Assembly (NCBI GenBank): GCA_964658105.1
Contig: CAZZXY010000005.1
Location: 366 to 64,365, forward strand
Direction: 5' to 3'
Origin: Verrucomicrobia bacterium Tous-C9LFEB
GTDB lineage: Bacteria; Acidobacteriota; Terriglobia; Terriglobales; Acidobacteriaceae
Length of the DNA: 64,000 bases
The translations under genes and the position numbers were made by a program. Positions 39,276 through 46,060 of the stretch are shown in pieces. The notes under the pieces were generated by a model, which was not told the origin of the DNA, searched no databases, and was given only the letters and a program-made list of their open reading frames with translations. How positions within the stretch are numbered: position 1 is the first letter of the stretch; every line of letters starts with the position of its first letter.

Positions 39276-40150
39276 GCGTCCAGACCATCGCGGTGCCCTC
39301 GTTGACCAAGACGGTGACCACGACATCGTGGCGTAAGTGGCTTTCCATGGAGAATCGCTTTCTCCCTCCTGCGTTCATCACGCTCATCCTGCTTGTTGGC
39401 CACTTCTCCTTCGGCATTCTGGAAAGCTGGACGCGAACGCTGCTAGCAATTACCACAAGCATTGGTGTCGAACTGATTCTGGGCAAGCTTGTCGTCGGCA
39501 AATGGCCGAACGTCGCGAGTGCTTACATCAGTGGCATCAGCGTTGGCATCCTGTTGCGCTCGCCCGCTTTCTGGCCGTACGTCGTATGCGCCGCGCTGGC
39601 GATTACTTCGAAGTATGTGGTGCGTTACAGAAACAGGCACCTCTGGAATCCCTCGAACTTCGCTATCTGCGTCGTGATCTTTCTGGCTGCAGATACGGTT
39701 GCCACTCTCAGTATCCAGTGGGGCAACAACATCTGGGCAATGCTGGTCATCTGGGCTCTCGGATCCACGATTATCTGGCGTCTGCGGCGCTTTCACATCT
39801 GCGCCACATATGTGCTGTCGTTTGTACTTTTTGCGGCGTTACGCTCACGGATCGTCGGCGATCCATTCCTTTCAGAGCTTTCACCCATCACCGGCCCCGA
39901 GTACCAGTTGTTTATCTTCTTTATGATCACCGACCCAAAGACCACAGTGCGTTCCAAAGTGGGCCAGTGCGGCGTCGCGTTCGCCGTTGCTTCGGTGGAG
40001 ATGGTGCTGCGATTGAACAGCAGCATCTACGCTCCCCTGTACGCTCTCTTTCTCGTGGGGCCACCTGCTCTACTGCTCTCGACCTGGTGGAACGGAAGGC
40101 GAGAGAAACGCATGCAACAGCAGCCAGCCTCCGGCATGGTGCTCGCGTAG
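39272..40150 (+). CDS. polytopic membrane protein with RnfD/NqrB-like motifs
   Basis: GTGA overlap with the upstream stop, with AAGGAG 5 nt upstream. About 8 TM helices. HLWNPSNFAICV and FFMITDPKTT resemble the H-x-F-NPA and F-M-x-TDP motifs of the NQR2/RnfD/RnfE superfamily. No S/T-G-A-T FMN-attachment motif is seen. Confidence 0.55.
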   Translation: MSVQTIAVPSLTKTVTTTSWRKWLSMENRFLPPAFITLILLVGHFSFGILESWTRTLLAITTSIGVELILGKLVVGKWPNVASAYISGISVGILLRSPAFWPYVVCAALAITSKYVVRYRNRHLWNPSNFAICVVIFLAADTVATLSIQWGNNIWAMLVIWALGSTIIWRLRRFHICATYVLSFVLFAALRSRIVGDPFLSELSPITGPEYQLFIFFMITDPKTTVRSKVGQCGVAFAVASVEMVLRLNSSIYAPLYALFLVGPPALLLSTWWNGRREKRMQQQPASGMVLA

Positions 40151-40182
40151 CCAGCAAGGCCGCTGGCGTTCCAAAACAAACC

Positions 40183-42033
40183 TTGTTTCAGGATCTCCCA
40201 TTGTTCTCAGTTCGGTCCGCCCCTGTTTGCCTCTTCTCATTGAGCGTTGCGTTAACGCTGTGGGGCTGCCACAAAGCTCTGCAACCCGCTGAGACTTCAG
40301 AAACACACCCAAGCCGCCCAGCTTCCTCGAGTCCGGTTGCCCAGCAATCGACGATGCCGGATCCGGCTGTGCAGCCATTGGCTGTTCCCGTTCGCCCGTC
40401 CGGTCCCGTCACCTTTGCAGATGCAACCGCCGCTGCTGGCATTCACTTTCGGCACAACAACGGAGCCTTCGGCACCAAGTATCTTCCTGAGACCATGGGC
40501 AGCGGCGTCTGTGCCCTGGATTATGACGGGGATGGACTGCAGGACATCTTCTTTGTGAACTCCGCCGACTGGCCAACTCATAAGAAGATACGAACCACCG
40601 GAGCGCTTTATCACAACAACGGAGATGGAACGTTCACAGACGTGACGCGTAGCTCCGGGCTCAGCGTCGAGATCTACGCAATGGGTTGCGCCGTCGGTGA
40701 TTTCGACAACGATGGCCGCGACGACCTCTACATCACGGCGTTGGACGGAAATCACCTGTTTCACAACCTGGGCGGCGGCAAGTTCACGGATGTCACCGCG
40801 CGTGCAGGTGTGAAAGATGCAGGCTTCTCGACAGGATCGGTCTGGTTCGACTTCGACAATGACGGTAAGCTGGACCTCTTCGTGTCGCACTATGTTGACT
40901 GGTCCGTCGCCACAGATCAGACCTGCTCTCTTACCGGCAAGGGCAAGTCCTACTGCACACCAGAGGCCTACAAGGGCCAGAGCGCAACGCTCTTTCATAA
41001 CAAGGGCAACGGTGTCTTCGAAGACGTAACGAAGAAGGCCGGCCTCTATGATCCGACCAGCAAGTCCCTGGGCGTAGCGCTACTTGATTTCGATGATGAT
41101 GGCTGGCTTGACCTCTTTGTCGCCAATGACACGCAGCCCAACAAGCTGTACCGGAACAACCATAACGGCACCTTTACGGAGAGCGCCTTCGCTTCGGGTG
41201 TAGCCTTCAGCGACGCCGGCAAAGCGCGTGCCGGGATGGGTGCGGATTCAGCCGATTATGACGGGTCAGGCAAGCTGGGCTTGCTTGTTGGAAACTTCAC
41301 CAATGAGAGCCTGGCGTTGTATCACAACGAGGGCGGCGGTCTGTTCGCGGACGCCACACCCGCCTCTGGGATCGGACCCTCCTCCGCGAAGTCCCTAACG
41401 TTCGGGACGTTTTTCTTCGACTACGATCTCGACGGACGGCCCGACATCTTTGCTCTCAACGGGCACGTCGCGGACGACATCAGCGACGTGCAGCCCACAC
41501 TGAAATACGCAGAGCCTCCTCTGCTCTTCCACAATCGTGGCAGCGGTAAGTTCGACGATACGTCAGAGAAGGTGGGCTCCGCATTTCGCCAGCCCGTCGT
41601 TGGTCGAGGGGCCGTTTTCCTGGACTTTGATAACGACGGCGACCTTGATCTCGTGTTTAACATCTCGAATGGTCCCGCTCGGCTGTTGCGGAATGATGGC
41701 GGAAACGCAAACGATATGCTCCGGGTGAGGCTCATCGGCACGCGGTCTAATCGCGATGGCATCGGGGCCCGAGTTACAGCAAGGGTCGGCAGCCATCACC
41801 AGATGCAGATGGTCAAGAGTGGCTCAAGCTACCTCTCGCAAAGCGAGTTCCCCCTCACCTTTGGACTTGGTAAGCCATCGCCTGAGAAGATCGTCTCACT
41901 GGACATCGCCTGGCCAAGCGGTCGCAAAGAGAGCGTAATGAACACACCTGCGAATCAATTCATCACCGTGCAGGAAGGCAAAGGCGTCATCGCATCCAGG
42001 CCGCTGGTACTGACAGCCTCACCTAGGAAGTAA
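40183..42033 (+). CDS. CRTAC1-family lipoprotein (FG-GAP/VCBS + ASPIC/UnbV)
   Basis: A TTG start at 40183 or 40201 gives the signal ...MFSVRSAPVCLFSLSVALTLWGC. ALDYDGDGLQDIF, VGDFDNDGRDDLY, WFDFDNDGKLDLF, LLDFDDDGWLDLF, then NRDGIGARVTARVG...FGLGKPSPEKIVSLDIAWPSG. The first ~280 codons of the listed ORF 39337..42033 overlap the membrane gene in another frame. Confidence 0.85.
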   Translation: MFQDLPLFSVRSAPVCLFSLSVALTLWGCHKALQPAETSETHPSRPASSSPVAQQSTMPDPAVQPLAVPVRPSGPVTFADATAAAGIHFRHNNGAFGTKYLPETMGSGVCALDYDGDGLQDIFFVNSADWPTHKKIRTTGALYHNNGDGTFTDVTRSSGLSVEIYAMGCAVGDFDNDGRDDLYITALDGNHLFHNLGGGKFTDVTARAGVKDAGFSTGSVWFDFDNDGKLDLFVSHYVDWSVATDQTCSLTGKGKSYCTPEAYKGQSATLFHNKGNGVFEDVTKKAGLYDPTSKSLGVALLDFDDDGWLDLFVANDTQPNKLYRNNHNGTFTESAFASGVAFSDAGKARAGMGADSADYDGSGKLGLLVGNFTNESLALYHNEGGGLFADATPASGIGPSSAKSLTFGTFFFDYDLDGRPDIFALNGHVADDISDVQPTLKYAEPPLLFHNRGSGKFDDTSEKVGSAFRQPVVGRGAVFLDFDNDGDLDLVFNISNGPARLLRNDGGNANDMLRVRLIGTRSNRDGIGARVTARVGSHHQMQMVKSGSSYLSQSEFPLTFGLGKPSPEKIVSLDIAWPSGRKESVMNTPANQFITVQEGKGVIASRPLVLTASPRK

Positions 42034-43599
42034 TCAGACGGAGGTAGCAGCAAAACCCGTGCGCTGCAGCAGACTCTCTATCGCTTCAGTGCTCGCGCCT
42101 ACCTTGTGTGCGCCTGCAAACAAGTCGGCAGCCTGTACTGGATAGCAATGATCACTTGGCTGCTTACACAATCCAGCAACGTCGAACCGTTCGATCAGTG
42201 CGAGGATTTCCGTTTGAAGGCAGAGCTTCTCTGCGGGGCTCAATGACTGCCGGGCACGCGCGGTGATACGACGGAACTCAGGTCCGAAGACCTCATCGTT
42301 GTGCAGCAGAAAAGACTTCGCAAGTTGGGGAGTGCCTAGTCGCCGCACCGTTTCGGCGTAGCTTGCGGCTGTGAAGTACAACAAGGAGAGCGTGCGGAAC
42401 ATGGGGAAATCCGCCATGTTCGCGTACAGTGCGCCGATGAGCCGCGACGTTGCCAATAACTCGGCGTCAGTCTCATCAGCATAGCGCGCAAGGCTCGTCG
42501 TGAACGCTGGGGTGTTCCAGTCACGCTCCAGCATCTCTCCCACGCGAGATATGCCGAGTAGCGTTAACGGGAACCCTGTGGAGAGCAGTGGATCGACAAA
42601 GCCAGCGGCCGAGGGCAACAGAGTCCAGCCCTCACCGGCAATCTTTGCACTGCGAAACGGGAGCTTCGGCGAGAAGGAGAATGGTCTCGTTGCTTGCGCG
42701 TTGGCGAACTGCTGCTTCACTTCGGGTAAGACGTCCAGCACTCTCTTCCAGGCGTCCTCTTTTTCCGCGAAACGAAAGCGCTTCGCAACCGCGGGCGATC
42801 CCGCGACTCCCGCGCTGGTCCATCCATTATTGAAGTGCAGCACCCACATCCATCCACCCTCAAAGACGTGGTGCAGTGCCGCAGCGTCTGGAGGATATGG
42901 TGGAGTGCCTGCTGCATAGTGCTGAGTTCCCCCGAAGTTCTCCACCCCCGTGAAGTGGCTGAACAACGCGGAGGTCTCGGGATAATCCGGCAGGGGCGCC
43001 TCTTGCAGAGACAGCACGCGATGCAGCAAGCCCCGTGGTCCAGTGGCGTCAATGATGAAATCGGCAAGAAAGTGCAAATGCGCGTCGCCCTGCCGACAGT
43101 TCACATGCCACACCGAATCCTCGCGGTCCATCTGGTGAACATCACAGCCGTCGAGGTAATCCACGCCCAGGGCGCATGCCTGCTTCAGCAGCAATTGGTC
43201 GAAATCAGCCCGAAACCAATGCGTGTCTGCGATCGCGTCATTCGGACTCGCAGCCACCAGCAAGTGACGGTCGGTTGCAGTTGCATTCTTGGGGCTGCTG
43301 GAGGAGACATCATGATGGAAAAAGGTAAAGCCGCGCTTCAGTCCACAGCCGACCTCCGGGTAGGTGTGCTGCCATGTGCCCCACTTGGTCAGTGGCTTCA
43401 GCATGGGGAGGTCGTACCTGTCAGCCAGGGTCTCTAAAAGCAGGTTGCTCAGCGGAGTCGAGGATTCTCCAATGACAACGCGCGGGTGTCTGCCCTTTTC
43501 CAGCATGACCACAGAGAGCCCGAGCCGTCGGGCGATCATAGCCATGAGGGATCCAGCGAAGCCGGAACCTGCAATCGCGATGTCATAACGCTGCTTCAG
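42034..43599 (-). CDS. flavin-dependent halogenase-like FAD oxidoreductase
   Basis: YDIAIAGSGFAGS (GxGxxG), VVIGESSTP, GLKRGFTFF, GGWMWVLHF (a variant of WxWxIP) and GFVDPLLSTGF. The Rossmann strand lies upstream of the first ATG (43545), so I extend to the CTG at 43599-43597 that overlaps the upstream TGA. Confidence 0.8.
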   Translation of the reverse strand: MKQRYDIAIAGSGFAGSLMAMIARRLGLSVVMLEKGRHPRVVIGESSTPLSNLLLETLADRYDLPMLKPLTKWGTWQHTYPEVGCGLKRGFTFFHHDVSSSSPKNATATDRHLLVAASPNDAIADTHWFRADFDQLLLKQACALGVDYLDGCDVHQMDREDSVWHVNCRQGDAHLHFLADFIIDATGPRGLLHRVLSLQEAPLPDYPETSALFSHFTGVENFGGTQHYAAGTPPYPPDAAALHHVFEGGWMWVLHFNNGWTSAGVAGSPAVAKRFRFAEKEDAWKRVLDVLPEVKQQFANAQATRPFSFSPKLPFRSAKIAGEGWTLLPSAAGFVDPLLSTGFPLTLLGISRVGEMLERDWNTPAFTTSLARYADETDAELLATSRLIGALYANMADFPMFRTLSLLYFTAASYAETVRRLGTPQLAKSFLLHNDEVFGPEFRRITARARQSLSPAEKLCLQTEILALIERFDVAGLCKQPSDHCYPVQAADLFAGAHKVGASTEAIESLLQRTGFAATSV

Positions 43600-44570
43600 T
43601 CAGCACCTCCGCAGGCGTCGCATATCACCCGCTTCTCTACTAGTTGGGAAAGATTCATTCGTCGCAGTCGATCCTTGCGCGTGCCTCCGCAGTCTGTGCA
43701 GCACAGCAAGCGGTCGAGGTCCCAAAGATCGAGAACCACGCGACCGGCATGACGGTTCACGCCATAGTCCAGAGCATCCTCCACCACAGAAAGAGTCGGT
43801 GGTGCAAACTCACCTGCTTCCCCAAGCTGCTCCATTGCACCGTTACTAGCGCGTGTGGGTATCAGGGCAACCACGGTAGCGCCGCAGTTCTGTGCGAAGT
43901 CCATCGACTGGCATGCCCAAAACAACGACTCTTCAGCTTTCATGAAAGGAGGTTGCACAAGAACGAACGAACGCAGTGCAATACCGCTGATCTGTAGTCG
44001 CGAAGCCGCTGCAGCATATTGCTCCAGCGTCATACGCTTGTTTAGTCTTTCGAGCACGGCAGCATGCGCCGTTTCGAGTCCCATCGCGACTTCTAGTTGG
44101 CCTTCGACCATGTCCTGAAAGCGGAGGCAGTCTTCACTCACCAGTGCCGGATGACATTCCACGATGACTCGTTCAAAGGGCTGCAACAGGTCCGCAATGG
44201 CGGCGTAATCCTGCTGCGGGATCGCACCTGTATCAAAGAAGCTGCCGCTGTTGTAAAGCTTGATCTGACGCGCGGGGGGGAGGCGGCTTAGGGCGTATTC
44301 AATCTGCCGCGGAATGTCACCGGCGGCTACCGGCGACGCGAGCGTGTGACGCCACAGATCGCACATGACGCATCGCCAGGGGCACTCCCGATTGGTTAGG
44401 AAGAGGGTCGCAACATTGCCTACGGTGCCATCAGCAAACCGCTCCGGCTCCACGAGAAACGCGTAGGGCTCGTCGGTATTCAGTGGCACGCGTCCGCCAC
44501 GACGCGCCAGGATCCAGCGGTCGCGCTCGGCTGCGGTTTGCGGGTACACAGAAAGCGTGGTGCCCATCAC
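43596..44570 (-). CDS. radical SAM protein (TIGR01210/RaSEA-like by eye) with C-terminal Cys-rich tail
   Basis: FLTNRECPWRCVMCDLW contains CX3CX2C (44361-44384). Also LYNSGSFFD and a C-terminal CCTDCGG...CDACGG. The start (GTG 44570 or ATG 44567) overlaps the upstream stop. Confidence 0.8.
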   Translation of the reverse strand: MMGTTLSVYPQTAAERDRWILARRGGRVPLNTDEPYAFLVEPERFADGTVGNVATLFLTNRECPWRCVMCDLWRHTLASPVAAGDIPRQIEYALSRLPPARQIKLYNSGSFFDTGAIPQQDYAAIADLLQPFERVIVECHPALVSEDCLRFQDMVEGQLEVAMGLETAHAAVLERLNKRMTLEQYAAAASRLQISGIALRSFVLVQPPFMKAEESLFWACQSMDFAQNCGATVVALIPTRASNGAMEQLGEAGEFAPPTLSVVEDALDYGVNRHAGRVVLDLWDLDRLLCCTDCGGTRKDRLRRMNLSQLVEKRVICDACGGAD

Positions 44571-45886
44571 TGGTACATGGCAAGGAACTGTCGGCGGTAG
44601 TCCGCCTCTGCAAAAGGAAGGCGATGCCGCAGATCCGTTTGCGGCAACGCCCCATGCTGAAAGCGACGTTTATCAAAGACCGGCATTGCAAACCCGGTGA
44701 CCGCCTGTATGCCGCGGCGGACGACCTCGCCCTTCAGTGCGTACAGCCGCGGCACATCGTAGTCAGTTAGCTTGATGAACGGGATGTCTTCTGCGACCGC
44801 GATGACCTGCGGCCGGGTGAATGGGCTGAAACCACGAAATCCGAGCCTGGTTGCTGGCGCATAGGTGCGCGTGTAGGAGCGGCTCAGTCCCCCGCTGTAG
44901 GTCTGCGAGTGCTTGATCTTTCCCACGCCCCAGCCTTCCTGGTACAGCATGGAGTTGTTGACTACGCTGCGTATCGTGAGCTCCGGGTTTTCCTCGATGG
45001 GGTAGTCCTTGAGGTTCTCGTCGCCACCATCTCCGTCGAGGAGGTACTTCCAATCCGGATAGCGCGCGCGAATGCCCTTGCACAAGGCAAGCGCCATGCT
45101 GGCAGACTCCACGTCCAGAGACTTGTAGTCCTCAATCACCCGAATGGTTTCGCCCGGGTCGATTGTGGCAGGACTCACCTCAATCGGTTCAAGAAAGAGA
45201 CCCAAGCCCACGGCGTCCAGGAACGCGCGTGCCTGTTGCACATCAGGGCCACTGCCGAGGTCCAGCACAAAGGCCTTCAGCCGCCCAAGATGCATGCCGC
45301 GCTGCTTCATCGCGTGGTAGGTCGTCAGAAAGACGGCGCCGCTGTCGACTCCGCCGGAAAAACACACCCCCAGCGGCTCATTGGCAGGTACATGTTCCAG
45401 CCAAAGACCGATCTCCTCGGCAAGAGCTGCTATGTACCGCTGGCCGATGATGTCGAGATCAGGCGGCAAAGTCCCCATCGTAGGCGTAAAGAAGCGCGTG
45501 TACACCGGATCAGGATCAGGGCAGCCTACCAGCTGGATCTCAGTCACATGATGGGCGGGCACCATACGCGTGTAGCTCGGGTGAAACTGACTTTCCAGAC
45601 CTTCAGACCGCAGGTGCTCAAGGATGGCATCGATGCGGGAGGCAACGATCAATACTGGACCTTCCTTTCGCTTGGCGAGGAAGTAGCGCATCGGACGGTC
45701 CAGCGACCGTGCCATGCGTACCACTTTGCCCTCGCGTGCAATCAGCGCGAACGACCCCTGCAGCCGAAGAATGGCTTCGGCTGGCTGCGTCCGCAGCACC
45801 GCCCGCGCATCCTCGGCGGACAAGCTATAGAGATCGTTTCCTTCCGGGTCCAAGAGATCCACGACGCGTTCAATGTACTGATCCAA
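44567..45886 (-). CDS. asparagine-synthetase-B-family PP-loop ATP-dependent amidoligase lacking a glutaminase nucleophile
   Basis: GVCFSGGVDSGAVFL (SGGVDS at 45341-45358) plus a remnant N-terminal domain (LQGSFALIAREGKVVRMARSLDRPMRYFL). The start is uncertain: TTG 45886 is preferred because third-position GC drops upstream of it. Alternatives are TTG 45907, ATG 46042 and the ORF limit 46117. Confidence 0.8.
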   Translation of the reverse strand: MDQYIERVVDLLDPEGNDLYSLSAEDARAVLRTQPAEAILRLQGSFALIAREGKVVRMARSLDRPMRYFLAKRKEGPVLIVASRIDAILEHLRSEGLESQFHPSYTRMVPAHHVTEIQLVGCPDPDPVYTRFFTPTMGTLPPDLDIIGQRYIAALAEEIGLWLEHVPANEPLGVCFSGGVDSGAVFLTTYHAMKQRGMHLGRLKAFVLDLGSGPDVQQARAFLDAVGLGLFLEPIEVSPATIDPGETIRVIEDYKSLDVESASMALALCKGIRARYPDWKYLLDGDGGDENLKDYPIEENPELTIRSVVNNSMLYQEGWGVGKIKHSQTYSGGLSRSYTRTYAPATRLGFRGFSPFTRPQVIAVAEDIPFIKLTDYDVPRLYALKGEVVRRGIQAVTGFAMPVFDKRRFQHGALPQTDLRHRLPFAEADYRRQFLAMYQ

Positions 45887-46060
45887 GGCAACCTCTTTGC
45901 AATGCAATTGCGAACATTCTATCGCTTGCGCAACGCCCTGCGCTCCTGCAGCTGGTTGGCTTTCAGCACATCCGAATTTGCGGGATGCCTCTTGCCAGGA
46001 CGGAACGCTCGCTGCACAACTGCATCTCTGCTCACGTATCATCACTTGCCAGTGGTGTCC

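Noticed and set aside
39337-40182. The N-terminal ~280 codons of the listed 898-aa ORF (39337..42033).
   Set aside because: This part overlaps the RnfD-like membrane gene in another frame and reads as Arg/His/Cys-rich nonsense. A lipoprotein signal begins only at TTG 40183 or 40201.
44567-46042. The idea that the AsnB-like gene is a lasso-peptide cyclase.
   Set aside because: There is no transglutaminase-like B protease, no PqqD-like RRE, no short precursor ORF and no ABC exporter nearby. The partners are instead a radical SAM enzyme and a flavoenzyme.
44909-46060. The first ~384 codons of the listed 1544-aa plus-strand ORF (44909..49543).
   Set aside because: This stretch is antisense to the AsnB-like gene, whose frame carries the SGGVDS motif. 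It translates to low-complexity, Arg/His-rich sequence and precedes a good ATG plus signal peptide at 46061. It looks like a high-GC stop-free antisense artefact.
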